A stretch of DNA of 61,005 nt, filler included, from Nitrospinae bacterium RIFCSPLOWO2_12_FULL_45_22 (GTDB taxonomy: Bacteria; 2-12-FULL-45-22): NCBI GenBank assembly GCA_001803565.1. It is 5 parts of 5 records of this genome, joined end to end, with 100 filler letters (N's around TTAATTAATTAA, not from the genome) between each part and the next. Parts side by side here need not be neighbours in the genome. Positions count along the whole stretch, not along the records: positions 12,619 to 23,926 come from MHDQ01000312.1; 4 more parts are not named here. One strand, written 5' to 3'. The translations under genes were made by a program, and so were the position numbers. Shown here piece after piece: positions 12,519-22,301 of the stretch. Position 1 is the first letter of the stretch. Each line of letters begins with the position of its first letter. The notes beneath the pieces are model-generated. The model was given only the letters and a program-made list of their open reading frames with translations. It was not told the DNA's origin and ran no database searches.

Positions 12519-12618
12519 NNNNNNNNNNNNNNNNNNNNNNNNNNNNNNNNNNNNNNNNNNNNTTAATTAATTAANNNNNNNNNNNNNNNNNNNNNNNNNN
12601 NNNNNNNNNNNNNNNNNN
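12519..12618. other. Artificial contig spacer (N44-TTAATTAATTAA-N44)
   Basis: The identical 100-nt spacer with all-frame stops occurs four times. Confidence 0.98.
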
Positions 12619-12734
12619 GTTTGAATTTATCATTAATTTTATCACCCAGGAACAATTTGTAAACTTTTTGCTTGATAGCATAGAAAACCATAAACTTCAA
12701 TAAGTATATACTAAAACACTCAATTAAGTTTTCC

Positions 12735-12763
12735 TTGACATAACTGATTTTTCTTCTTAGGAT
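12735..12763 (+). promoter_or_regulatory. Putative sigma70 promoter for the flavin oxidoreductase
   Basis: TTGACA-17 nt-TAGGAT. Confidence 0.5.
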
Positions 12764-12965
12764 GAATTTCCTCTTTTTCAGGCTATCAAGCGATTTATTG
12801 ATGTAGGGACAGGGATCGCTTTGCCCTGTCCGCCGTGTCGGCACAGGCAGGCATGTCCGAATAACCCCGGACAGTACTCAGAAGTCATAAGATAAGAATC
12901 ATTATTCTGGATTCTGACTCCTGACTACTGCATTCTTAATTCTAACTTATCAGGAGGGATTAGCT

Positions 12966-14153
12966 ATGGGAGCCACTTTGGAGAAACTTTTTGAACCCAT
13001 AAAGATAAACAAGCTAGAGGTAAAAAACCGGGTTTGTTATGCCCCGACCGGAAAGTCTCACTTCACGGAAGATGGCTATATGACAGATCAGGCTATCTGT
13101 TATTATGTGGCCCGGGCAAAGGGTGGTACGGGCTTGCTCATAGTGGAGGTTTGTCTTCCCCATACCAAATATGCCCGGCCGTTACATAGGTTATTAGGTT
13201 GCTGGGATGATTCCCAATTGGCAGGACTCCGGAACCTGGCTGAGGCCATCCATGCCGCTGGGGCCAAGGCGGTTGTGCAAGAAAGCCTGGGCTTTGGCAG
13301 TCAGGCCATGTTCCCTATCAGGGGTGAAGTAGTAGCACCATCCGATGTTCCCACCTCTATCCAGAAAGGGGGTGCACCCAGGGGGCTGCAATATATGGAA
13401 GGTGTAACCGGAACAACGCCCCGGCCCCTAACCAAAGTGGAAATAGTTGAGTTAGAAGATGCCTTTGCCTTGGGCGCAGAGAGGTTAATGAAGGCAGGGT
13501 TTGATGGTTTAGAAATCCACGGCTGCCATGGATATCTCATCGCAGAATTTCTTTCGCCTTACAGCAATAAACGACAGGATGAGTATGGAGGTAGTTTAGA
13601 AAACAGGTTGAGGTTAGCCCTGAATCTGTTAAAGAAGAGCCGGGAAAAGGTAGGGGCTGATTTTGTTATCGGGTTCCGGATGAGTGGTGATGAGCATATA
13701 GAAGGGGGATATGATTTGGAAGAGGGGCAAAAGATCGCCCGCGAGATCGAAAAGGCCGGCGCAGACTATATCCATATCTCTTCGGGTCGCTATGAGGTTA
13801 TGAACCTGATGCTCCCGGATAAAGAAGGGACTATGCTCCAGGAGGCCAGGGCCATAAAAGAAGCCGTTAAATTACCGGTTATATGCCCCAATATCCATGA
13901 TCCCCTGACCGGTGAAAAGGCCCTCCAGGAAGGGATGGCCGATATGGTCTCGCTATCCCGCGGATTGATTGCCGATCCGGCCTGGGCTAATAAAGCCAGG
14001 GAGGGAAGGATTAAAGAGATAAATAGGTGTATCCTTTGTAATACCTGTCTCAAGACCCTATTTTCCGGGTTCACTATCCGCTGTGCCGTTAATCCCGAGG
14101 TCGGCTGGGAAAGGTTCATCCCAGAATACCATCCGCCTATCCGGGGCAGGTAA
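12966..14153 (+). CDS. NADH:flavin oxidoreductase, Old Yellow Enzyme / 2,4-dienoyl-CoA reductase-like TIM barrel with C-terminal Fe-S motif
   Basis: KNR...AP, RAKGG.GL, EIHGCHGYL..FLSP.SN.R.DEYGGS and CILCNTC...C.VNP motifs. Confidence 0.9.
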   Translation: MGATLEKLFEPIKINKLEVKNRVCYAPTGKSHFTEDGYMTDQAICYYVARAKGGTGLLIVEVCLPHTKYARPLHRLLGCWDDSQLAGLRNLAEAIHAAGAKAVVQESLGFGSQAMFPIRGEVVAPSDVPTSIQKGGAPRGLQYMEGVTGTTPRPLTKVEIVELEDAFALGAERLMKAGFDGLEIHGCHGYLIAEFLSPYSNKRQDEYGGSLENRLRLALNLLKKSREKVGADFVIGFRMSGDEHIEGGYDLEEGQKIAREIEKAGADYIHISSGRYEVMNLMLPDKEGTMLQEARAIKEAVKLPVICPNIHDPLTGEKALQEGMADMVSLSRGLIADPAWANKAREGRIKEINRCILCNTCLKTLFSGFTIRCAVNPEVGWERFIPEYHPPIRGR

Positions 14154-14188
14154 ATTAAAAACCACGGCTACCATTTCCATTAAATGGT

Positions 14189-14217
14189 TTGATTCAGAAG
14201 TAAAATTTTGTTATGCT
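14189..14217 (+). promoter_or_regulatory. Putative sigma70 promoter of the coo cluster
   Basis: TTGATT-17 nt-TATGCT with a TG extended -10. Confidence 0.45.
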
Positions 14218-14275
14218 TAATAGCACATACTTGAGCTAAAAAGTATTGTTTCTTATTGCACCACAGGTGTCTTTG

Positions 14276-15061
14276 ATGAGAATAGCTATTTCCGGTAAAG
14301 GTGGAGTGGGAAAGACTACCCTGGCTGCCTGGATAGCCCGCTTGCTGGTCAAAGAAGGCCAGAATGTCCTCGCCATAGATGCCGATCCTACCAATAACCT
14401 GGCCCCTACCTTAGGCTTCCCGCCAGAGCTATACGAAAATATTGTTCCTCTGAAAGAGAGGAGCAACCTTATAGAAGAAAGGGTGGGAGCGCAGGGGGGG
14501 TTCTTTCGACTCAACCCCAAGGTGGATGATCTATTGCCTCAACTAGCAGTAGAATATCAAGGAATCAAGCTAATAGTTATGGGCACCATCAAAGAGGCCG
14601 GAGGTGGTTGTGCCTGTCCAGAGAATACTTTATTAAGGGCTTTTATCGGTCATCTCTTGTTAGAAAAAGGAGAATCGGTAATCGTAGATATGGAAGCGGG
14701 CCTGGAGCATCTGGGTCGAAGGACGGTTGAGGCAGTAGATGCCTTGCTCGTAGTTGTAGAGCCCAGTCAGAATAGCATAATGGTCGCCAAAAAGATAAAA
14801 GAGCTGGCTGAGGGTTTGGGCCTTAAAAAATCCTTTTTCGTGGCCAATAAGATCAATTCAGCCGAAGAAGAGCTCTTTATTCGAGCCCGATTGCCTGAGG
14901 AACATCTGCTAGGTTATTTGCCCTATTCTGAAAGTTTAAGGCGGCAGGCCCTTTCTGAATTATCTGAATCCTCTGTATTGACTAGGGATGCCAGGCTGGA
15001 GAGCGAGCTTAAGAACCTCTTGCGCCAAGTCAGGCTCAGAGGGATAACCCCAGGTAATTAA
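14276..15061 (+). CDS. cooC: CO dehydrogenase nickel-insertion ATPase CooC
   Basis: MRIAISGKGGVGKTT, DADP, GGGCAC Ni-binding motif and DMEAGLEHLGR; next to cooF/cooS. Start moved to the ATG at 14276. Confidence 0.93.
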   Translation: MRIAISGKGGVGKTTLAAWIARLLVKEGQNVLAIDADPTNNLAPTLGFPPELYENIVPLKERSNLIEERVGAQGGFFRLNPKVDDLLPQLAVEYQGIKLIVMGTIKEAGGGCACPENTLLRAFIGHLLLEKGESVIVDMEAGLEHLGRRTVEAVDALLVVVEPSQNSIMVAKKIKELAEGLGLKKSFFVANKINSAEEELFIRARLPEEHLLGYLPYSESLRRQALSELSESSVLTRDARLESELKNLLRQVRLRGITPGN

Positions 15062-15241
15062 GATAACTTAATAATAGCGTAGGAAAGTCTATTCTGGACT
15101 CAGATAGACACAGATTATCAGGATTTTAATAAAGTGGGCAATAAGCCGTGAGGAGAGAGAAGTTAACGGCTTACTGCTTACTCCTTACTGCTCACCAAAA
15201 TATCTGTCTGAATCTGTGAAAATCTGTGTCCTAATTAATTG

Positions 15242-15351
15242 CCACTGAAAAATGGGGTGTCGAGCAAGCTCGACCACTACATGCATCATGAAAACAGTAT
15301 TGCTAGAGCAATCGGTAGTGGTAAAGCTTGCTTTGCTGGTTTTTTCAGTGG
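15242..15351. mobile_element. MITE-like element between cooC and cooF
   Basis: Ends ccactgaaaaa and tttttcagtgg, with ctaattaatt just outside on both sides; internal GTAG-type REP pair. Confidence 0.55.
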
Positions 15352-15388
15352 GAACTAATTAATTTAAGAATAAAGGAGGAGTCCAGCA

Positions 15389-15892
15389 TTGAAAGATGTA
15401 TTCATTGAATTAGAAAAGTGCCAGGGTTGTAAATCGTGTGAGTTGGCCTGTGCCGTTGAGCATTCTAAGGCAAAAACCCTCTTCGCTGCTATAAGCGAAA
15501 CACCTTTACCCCGGAAAAGGGTCTTTGTCGAATATGTTGACGGTAAACGATTTCCAATTCAGTGTCGCCATTGCGAAGAGGCGCCCTGTGTAGCTATATG
15601 TGTCTCAGGGGCTTTGAGTCGGGACGAATCGCGGGCCCTAGTTACCCATTCCAAAGAAAGGTGTATTGGCTGTGGGATGTGTGTAATGGTATGCCCTTTT
15701 GGCGTTATTACCAGGGAGATGGGCAGTAAAGTGATTACAAAATGCGACCGGTGTAAGGATAGGGATGAGCCGGCTTGTGTTGAGTCCTGCCCGGTAGGGG
15801 CCCTGGTTTTTACTGATATGGAAGAGCTAGAGAAGACCAGGCGAAGAGGGGTCATAAAAAACGTACTAATTGGTGGCTTCAAGGCCAGCTAA
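15389..15892 (+). CDS. cooF: CooF-like 4x[4Fe-4S] electron transfer protein
   Basis: CQGCKSCELAC, CRHCEEAPCVAIC, CIGCGMCVMVCP and KCDRC...PACVESCP; SD aaggaggag before a TTG start; precedes cooS. Confidence 0.9.
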   Translation: MKDVFIELEKCQGCKSCELACAVEHSKAKTLFAAISETPLPRKRVFVEYVDGKRFPIQCRHCEEAPCVAICVSGALSRDESRALVTHSKERCIGCGMCVMVCPFGVITREMGSKVITKCDRCKDRDEPACVESCPVGALVFTDMEELEKTRRRGVIKNVLIGGFKAS

Positions 15893-16052
15893 TATGCGGG
15901 ACGGGGTTATTAGGTGATTAGGTTATTGGATAATCTAAATAACCAATGACCCAATAACGTAATGACCCAATAACGAAATTCTCTATCTACTCTGTGGTTA
16001 GACCGGCAGAGGCATTTCTGTAAAAGACGTAGTTTTCAGTGGAGGGACAAAG

Positions 16053-17966
16053 ATGACGGAGAGTGAGAAGAAGTCTAGTGATTTAGCATCAAGATATATG
16101 CTGGATAAAGCCAAGGCCCTTGGCCTGGAGACCATCTGGGATCATTATGAAGCTATGTTGCCCCAGTGCGGTTTTGGTGAATTAGGTGTCTGTTGCCGGA
16201 TGTGCCTGGAAGGCCCCTGTCGGATAGACCCCTTTGGCGAAGGAGCAAAGGTAGGGGTCTGTGGTGCTACGGCCGATGCTATTGTTGCCCGGAACCTGGA
16301 TCGGGCCATTGCCGCTGGTACTGCCTCCCATTCTGATCATGCCCGCCATGTAGCCCTCACGCTGCTGGCCGTAGCGGAAGGTAAGGCCCCAGATTACAAG
16401 ATAACCGATGTAGGAAAGTTGAAGCAGGTAGCTAGCCGGATAGGTATCAAGCTAGATAAAAAGGATAATCTTACCCTGGCTAAAGAGGTAGCGCTTGCTG
16501 CCCTGGAAGATTTTTCTCGACAAGATGTCAATATACCCTTGACCTGGGTTGCGACCACCATGACCCCGGGACGCATCGAGGTATTTTCTAAATTGGGTAT
16601 TGTCCCGCACAATATAGATGCCAATGTCTCAGAGATCATGCACCGCACCAGCCGCGGTAATGATGCCGACCCGGTCAATTTATTACTCGGAGGAATCAAA
16701 TGTGCCCTATGCGACTATGCTGGTTGCCATATCGCCACGGACCTGTGCGATATCCTCTTCGGTACCCCTAAGCCGGTAGTCTCCCAGGCCAACCTGGGGA
16801 TATTGAAAAAGGATGCAGTGAACATTGCTGTCCATGGCCATAATCCCCTCCTCTCGGATATAGTGGTAGATGTCGCAGGTCAACTGAGAGACGAAGCCAT
16901 CAAGGCCGGGGCCAAGGAAGGGATAAATATGGTAGGGATCTGTTGCACTGGTAATGAAGTCCTGATGCGCAAGGGGGTAGGTATGGCTACCCACTCGGTA
17001 TCGCAAGAATTAGTGGTCATGACCGGCGCCTTAGATGCTATAGTAGTTGATATTCAGTGCATTATGCCCTCCCTGAGCTCTTTGTGTGACTGTTTCCATA
17101 CCAAATTAATAACCACCATGCCTATTGCAAAGATACCCGGGGCTACCCATATAGAATTCCATGATGATAAAGCGGTAGAATCGGCCAAGAAGATCATTCG
17201 GTTAGCTATCGAGGCTTATAAGCACCGGGACCCCAAAAAAGTGGATATCCCTGATGTAAAACAGACGGCTATGGCTGGCTTTAGCCTCGAGGCTATTGTA
17301 GAAGCCCTGAGTAAGGTAGATGCCAAAGACCCCTTAAAACCTTTGATAGATAACATTGTCAATGGTAATATCCAGGGTATTGCCCTGTTTGCCGGCTGTA
17401 ACAATGTAAAAATAGTACAGGACCAGAACTATCTGGCTATGGTAAAGGAATTGGCTAAGAATAACGTTTTAATCCTGGCAACGGGCTGTGGCGCTGGGGC
17501 CTTTGGCCGGCATGGCTTTCTAACTTCAGAGGCCACAGAAGAATATGCTGGCCCGGGACTTAAGGCCGTCCTTACTGCTATTGGTCAGGCAGTAGGCTTG
17601 AATGCCCCATTGCCCCTGGTATTACATATGGGCTCCTGTGTAGACAATACCCGGGCAGCGGATGCAGCCGTTGCGGTAGCTAATAAGCTGGGGGTGGATA
17701 TATCACAACTGCCCGTGGTAGCATCCGCGCCGGAGGCCATGGCAGAAAAGGCCATTGCCATTGGTACCTGGGCTGTGGCTGCGGGATTACCTACCCATGT
17801 AGGTGTGGTACCACCGGTCCTGGGTGGACCATTAGTCACGGAAGTCTTAACTAAAACGGCCAAGGACCTTTTGGGTGGTTATTTCATTGTGGAGACCGAT
17901 CCGGTGGCGGCAGCGGGGAAGCTATTGGATGCTATCAGAGAGCGCCGCAAGGGATTGGGTATCTGA
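16053..17966 (+). CDS. cooS: Anaerobic Ni,Fe carbon monoxide dehydrogenase catalytic subunit
   Basis: D/B-cluster motif CGFG..GVCCRMC..GPC...C, His tunnel HSDHARH, C-cluster ligands HGHN, CCTG, DIQC, AGCN, TGCG and GSCVD, and catalytic Lys (EKA). Confidence 0.97.
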   Translation: MTESEKKSSDLASRYMLDKAKALGLETIWDHYEAMLPQCGFGELGVCCRMCLEGPCRIDPFGEGAKVGVCGATADAIVARNLDRAIAAGTASHSDHARHVALTLLAVAEGKAPDYKITDVGKLKQVASRIGIKLDKKDNLTLAKEVALAALEDFSRQDVNIPLTWVATTMTPGRIEVFSKLGIVPHNIDANVSEIMHRTSRGNDADPVNLLLGGIKCALCDYAGCHIATDLCDILFGTPKPVVSQANLGILKKDAVNIAVHGHNPLLSDIVVDVAGQLRDEAIKAGAKEGINMVGICCTGNEVLMRKGVGMATHSVSQELVVMTGALDAIVVDIQCIMPSLSSLCDCFHTKLITTMPIAKIPGATHIEFHDDKAVESAKKIIRLAIEAYKHRDPKKVDIPDVKQTAMAGFSLEAIVEALSKVDAKDPLKPLIDNIVNGNIQGIALFAGCNNVKIVQDQNYLAMVKELAKNNVLILATGCGAGAFGRHGFLTSEATEEYAGPGLKAVLTAIGQAVGLNAPLPLVLHMGSCVDNTRAADAAVAVANKLGVDISQLPVVASAPEAMAEKAIAIGTWAVAAGLPTHVGVVPPVLGGPLVTEVLTKTAKDLLGGYFIVETDPVAAAGKLLDAIRERRKGLGI

Positions 17967-18113
17967 ATATTCGGGGGAGAGAAAATTACTTTCTCGGCCC
18001 AGCACCGACTTGCGATTGTTGGGTTACATGCAGGAAAAAGGGGCCAGTAAGAAAAATTCTTATCCAGCATGGGCGGAGTAGGATCAGCCGGAGGAGGTGA
18101 AAGCTTTTTAATT

Positions 18114-18572
18114 ATGGAAAGACTAGAAGCAATAATAAAAAATTATGGATTTGAAAAAAGAGCCCTTATACCTATTCTCCAGGATATTCAGACAGAGTAT
18201 GGCTGGCTCTCTGAGGACTTATTAAAGCAAGTGGCCCAGAGGTTGAAAATTCCCTCAATGGACGTGTTCAGTGTTGTAACATTTTATAAGTCTTTCAGAT
18301 TGAAGCCTATAGGTAAGTATTTCATGACTGTCTGTCTTGGCACTGCATGTCATGTAAGGGAAGCACCCGAAGTATTGGGTGAGATTCAGAGAAAGATCGG
18401 CATAAAAAACGGTGAGACTACCGCTGATAATCTCTTTACCCTGGAAACGGTTAACTGTGTTGGGGCATGTGCCTTAGGCCCTATTGTTATGGTGAATAAT
18501 GAATACCACGGTTTGATGAATAAAAACAAGATAGACCAACTCATCAAGAGGCTCTATGCAAAGGATCTATAA
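18114..18572 (+). CDS. NuoE/HydC/BfuC-like [2Fe-2S] subunit
   Basis: LIPILQDIQ..YGWL, V.TFY, VCLGTACHV and NCVGAC motifs. Likely start is the ATG at 18114 (track start 18069). Confidence 0.92.
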   Translation: MERLEAIIKNYGFEKRALIPILQDIQTEYGWLSEDLLKQVAQRLKIPSMDVFSVVTFYKSFRLKPIGKYFMTVCLGTACHVREAPEVLGEIQRKIGIKNGETTADNLFTLETVNCVGACALGPIVMVNNEYHGLMNKNKIDQLIKRLYAKDL

Positions 18573-20403
18573 TCTGCAGGACTTAGATGATTTAAGGGCA
18601 GAAATAAAAAAAAGGCCTCAGGGCAAAGCTATAACTATTGCTGTTTGCAATGGTACGGGTTGCCAGGCGTATGGGTGCGGGAAGGTTACTCAGGCATTTA
18701 TGGATGAAGTCACAAAACATGGACTGGATGTGGAGATCAAGCCAACGGGTTGCCACGGCTTCTGCCAATCGGGTCCCATTACAGTTATACACCCGGACGG
18801 CATCTTCTATCAGAGGATAAAACCTGAAGATGTAGGGGAGATCATTTCAGAAACTATCATGAGAAATCGTATCATACAACGTCTCCTCTATGAGGACCCT
18901 TTAACCCTTGAGAAAATCACCTATGAGAAAGATGTACCCTTTTATAAAAAGCAGATGCGAATAATCTTTGGGAATAACGGATTTATCAATCCCAGAAACA
19001 TAGATGACTATATCGCCATTGGTGGCTATTCGGCCATATCTAAGGTACTCAAAGAGATGGAGCCGGAAGAAGTGATAGGGGAAATAAAAAACTCTGGCTT
19101 GCGGGGAAGAGGAGGTGCTGGTTTTCCTACAGGAGTAAAATGGGAGGTTTGCCGGAACGCAGAAGAGGATCAAAAATACCTTATATGCAATTCTGATGAG
19201 GGGGACCCCGGGGCATATATGGACCGTAGTCTTTTAGAAGGGAATCCCCATTCCGTGATAGAGGGAATGCTCATAGGCGCTTATACCATTGGGGCACCGA
19301 AGGGCTTTATCTATGTCCGTCATGAATATCCCCTTGCCGTAAAGAATATTTCCTTTGCTATTTCACAAGCTAGCGAATATGGGTTATTGGGAAAAGACAT
19401 CCTTGGCCCTTCTTTTAGTTTTGATATCGAGATTATCAGGGGTGCCGGGGCCTTTATCTGTGGTGAGGAGACTTCACTGATAGCCTCTATTGAAGGGGGT
19501 AGGGGGGAGCCGCGGCCCAGACCTCCATATCCTGCCCAAAAAGGTCTCTGGGGTAAACCGACCAATATCAATAATGTCGAAACCTGGGCCAATATTCCGC
19601 TTATCATAGATCGGGGAGCCGATTGGTATACCCAAATGGGTACTGAAAAAAGTAAAGGGACCAAGATATTTTCCCTGGTAGGTAAAATCAACAATACCGG
19701 TCTGATTGAGGTGCCTATGGGCATTAGCTTGCGAGAGGTCATCTACGAGATTGGGGGTGGTATTCCCGGGGGTAAGAAATTCAAGGCTATCCAGACTGGA
19801 GGTCCTTCTGGTGGCTGTATCCCGGCAGCCATGCTCGATCTTCCCATAGATTATGAGGGCTTAACGGCCGCGGGTTCCATTATGGGTTCCGGCGGTTTAG
19901 TCGTCATGGATGAAGATACCTGTATGGTTGACGTAGCAAAATATTTTCTCAAATTTACTGTCGATGAATCCTGCGGCCTATGCACTCCCTGCCGGGAAGG
20001 GATCAAGCAGATGCTTCATCTCCTTACCCGAATAACCGAAGGAAAGGGTAAGGAGGGAGATATTGAGCTGCTAGAGGAGCTATGTCAGGCGATAAAGGAT
20101 GCCTCCCTGTGCGGCTTGGGGGGGACAGCCCCTAACCCGGTCCTCTCAACACTCCGCTATTTCCCGGAGGAATACCAGGCCCATATCAAAGACAAGAGAT
20201 GCCCAGCGAAGGTATGCCGCCCATTAATCCGCTATCAGATAGATGCTGAGAAATGTGTTATCTGTGGCCTATGTATAGAGAGTTGTCCAGAAGGGGCTAT
20301 TGCAAGCGAAGCAGGCGAGTCCCCCACTATAAATCTCGATAAATGTATCAAATGTGGTATATGCCTTGATACCTGCCCCTCTGAAGCTATTATAGTGCAA
20401 TGA
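18556..20403 (+). CDS. NuoF/HydB/BfuB-like FMN/NAD-binding subunit, long form with N-terminal 2Fe-2S and C-terminal 2x[4Fe-4S] domains
   Basis: C.GTGC...GCHGFC, GLRGRGGAGFPTG, DEGDPGAYMDRS, GGPSGG, ESCGLCTPCREG, H..DKRCPAKVC and two CxxCxxCxxxCP motifs. Confidence 0.93.
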   Translation: MQRIYNLQDLDDLRAEIKKRPQGKAITIAVCNGTGCQAYGCGKVTQAFMDEVTKHGLDVEIKPTGCHGFCQSGPITVIHPDGIFYQRIKPEDVGEIISETIMRNRIIQRLLYEDPLTLEKITYEKDVPFYKKQMRIIFGNNGFINPRNIDDYIAIGGYSAISKVLKEMEPEEVIGEIKNSGLRGRGGAGFPTGVKWEVCRNAEEDQKYLICNSDEGDPGAYMDRSLLEGNPHSVIEGMLIGAYTIGAPKGFIYVRHEYPLAVKNISFAISQASEYGLLGKDILGPSFSFDIEIIRGAGAFICGEETSLIASIEGGRGEPRPRPPYPAQKGLWGKPTNINNVETWANIPLIIDRGADWYTQMGTEKSKGTKIFSLVGKINNTGLIEVPMGISLREVIYEIGGGIPGGKKFKAIQTGGPSGGCIPAAMLDLPIDYEGLTAAGSIMGSGGLVVMDEDTCMVDVAKYFLKFTVDESCGLCTPCREGIKQMLHLLTRITEGKGKEGDIELLEELCQAIKDASLCGLGGTAPNPVLSTLRYFPEEYQAHIKDKRCPAKVCRPLIRYQIDAEKCVICGLCIESCPEGAIASEAGESPTINLDKCIKCGICLDTCPSEAIIVQ

Positions 20404-20556
20404 TTATTGATAACCGCAGAGACGCAAAGGACGCAGAGATATGTAGGTCGTAAGGAGTGAGGAGTTAGTAGTTAACTCCTCACTGCCCACTCCTTACTGA
20501 ACTTTGCGCCTTTGCGGTGCATAATTTTTTCGAGGAGAGAATAAACCATTATAAAA

Positions 20557-21309
20557 TTGATTGTTAATAATCAAGAGATCGAAGCAAAGGAAGATAGTAC
20601 TCTCTTGCAAGCTGCTTCTGCCATGGGTATTGTCATCCCTACCCTATGCTTTCATGAAGCATTGGGGCCTCATGGTAGTTGTCGGGTATGTCTGGTAGAG
20701 ATAGTAAACGGTGCCCGGCCGGGACTGGTGGCCTCTTGCACCTATCCGGTCGAAGAAGGATTAGTCGTAGAGACCAATAATACTAAAGTTCTAAAAACCA
20801 GAAGGATAATGGTTGAACTCCTATTAGCCCGCTGTCCTGACTCAACAAAGATTCGGGGACTGGCTAACGATTTAGGCATTGCTGAACCCCGGTTTGATAA
20901 AGAAAATGAGAGTTGTATCTTATGTGGCTTATGTGTACGGGTTTGTCGAGAGATCGGCATAAACTCGGTGGGGTTCATTCAACGGGGGACCAATAGAGAG
21001 GTCACTACCCCCTTCCAGAAACCTTCAGAGGTCTGCTTGGGTTGCCAGGCCTGTGCATTCCTCTGCCCCACGGGTGCGATAAAGTTTGAAGATGTAGCCG
21101 AGGAAAGAAAAGTAGAAAAATGGAAAACATCCATTAAACTCCAGCGATGTTCTTCCTGCAGCCGGCCCTTCTTCCCTGAGCCATTGCAGCTTTATTTAAA
21201 AGAAAAGGAGTTATTAGTACCAGAAAATATAGGACTATGTGAAGTATGCCGCCGCAAATCCCTCGGCTCCAGACTGGCCAGCATCCTTAGCCGAAAATCA
21301 ACGGTATAG
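20557..21309 (+). CDS. Short NuoG-N/HydA-N/BfuA-like Fe-S subunit without a catalytic domain (start may be ATT at 20548)
   Basis: PTLC...GSCRVC...ASC [2Fe-2S] motif, CILCGLCVRVC and CLGCQACAFLCP, plus a C-terminal CSSC...CEVC. No H-cluster or Mo-bisPGD domain. Confidence 0.88.
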   Translation: MIVNNQEIEAKEDSTLLQAASAMGIVIPTLCFHEALGPHGSCRVCLVEIVNGARPGLVASCTYPVEEGLVVETNNTKVLKTRRIMVELLLARCPDSTKIRGLANDLGIAEPRFDKENESCILCGLCVRVCREIGINSVGFIQRGTNREVTTPFQKPSEVCLGCQACAFLCPTGAIKFEDVAEERKVEKWKTSIKLQRCSSCSRPFFPEPLQLYLKEKELLVPENIGLCEVCRRKSLGSRLASILSRKSTV

Positions 21310-21409
21310 ACTTGTGAATTGAAATAAGAGGTGCTGACCCCAAAAAATTGGAGCTGGTTGTACTGTGAAATCTATGATTCCATTAGAAAAGGTTCACTGA
21401 ATATTTACC

Positions 21410-21531
21410 GTCACAGTTCAGCCCTATCGAAAATGAATGTCATTCTGACCGAAGGGAGGAATCTTTATTTACCTCCGGTCTCGGAAAGATTTCTCGCTGC
21501 GCTCGAAATGACAAAGAACCTGAACTGGTAC
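21410..21531. mobile_element. GTAAC-ended MITE (IS66-like ends), copy A
   Basis: Ends gtcacagttcag and ctgaactggtac, flanked by the 8-bp direct repeat tatttacc. Near-identical to the inverted copy at 57173-57295. Confidence 0.85.
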
Positions 21532-21586
21532 TATTTACCGAACTGATAATTACTTTTGGCTTGCTATAAGGGATACCATAACGGTT

Positions 21587-22111
21587 ATGGGAAAAGGGCT
21601 TATCTTAGTCTTTACTGGTGATGGTAAGGGAAAGACCACAGCGGCTCTGGGTATGGCCCTGAGGGCTACGGGGCACGGTCTTAGAGTTTTAGTGGTACAG
21701 TTTATTAAAGGTAGCCGACAATATGGCGAGTTAATAGCAGCCCAAGGATTACCATTATTAGAGATAGTGCCTATGGGCAAGGGCTTTATCAATTTGAGGG
21801 CAAAAGAACCCTTACCAGAAGATAAAGAACTAGCCCAGAAGGCCTGGTCTTTTTGCCAGGAAAAGGTTGGCACAGGCAAATACGACCTGATTATCCTGGA
21901 CGAGATCAGCTATCTGGTAAACTGCCACCTGTTGCCCCTGGAAGAGGTATTAGCTCTCTTACGGAATAAACCACCCAATCTCCATCTGGTCCTTACTGGT
22001 AGGCAGATGCCCCAGGCTATAATAGAAGTAGCTGATCTAGTTACTGAGATGAAAAAGATAAAACATCCCTACGACCAAGGCATTGCCGCCCAACCTGGCA
22101 TAGAATATTAA
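21587..22111 (+). CDS. cobO: Cob(I)yrinic acid a,c-diamide adenosyltransferase (CobA/CobO/BtuR)
   Basis: TGDGKGKTTAA.G.ALRA.G.G, QFIKG, ILDEI, LVLTGR and ADLVTEM...KHP motifs. Confidence 0.93.
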   Translation: MGKGLILVFTGDGKGKTTAALGMALRATGHGLRVLVVQFIKGSRQYGELIAAQGLPLLEIVPMGKGFINLRAKEPLPEDKELAQKAWSFCQEKVGTGKYDLIILDEISYLVNCHLLPLEEVLALLRNKPPNLHLVLTGRQMPQAIIEVADLVTEMKKIKHPYDQGIAAQPGIEY

Positions 22112-22301
22112 GGATAACGAGGGTTAGAAAAACAAAAATACGCTCATCCTGAGCTTTTTCGAAGGATTGGTTGTAACTATAGTGAAAAATATCCACAATA
22201 TTATGCATAACATCCCACTTTGTAGGGGTAACTGAAATAGGGCATTTTTTAACCGTATCTGAAGGCGTAGTTATGAGAATATCAAAGGTAGGTGGAGTTC
22301 A

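Noticed and set aside
16053-17966. CODH/ACS (Wood-Ljungdahl) cluster
   Set aside because: No acsB/C/D/E genes on this contig segment. The pathway could exist elsewhere but is not supported here.
17967-18113. Structured RNA or riboswitch between cooS and the nuoE-like gene
   Set aside because: Only short hairpins, with no recognisable riboswitch consensus. An Rfam/Infernal search would be needed.
18114-21309. Respiratory complex I nuoEFG or an [FeFe]-hydrogenase
   Set aside because: No membrane nuo genes are present. The G/A-like subunit is only 250 aa without H-cluster motifs, and the F-like subunit has extra HydB-type domains.
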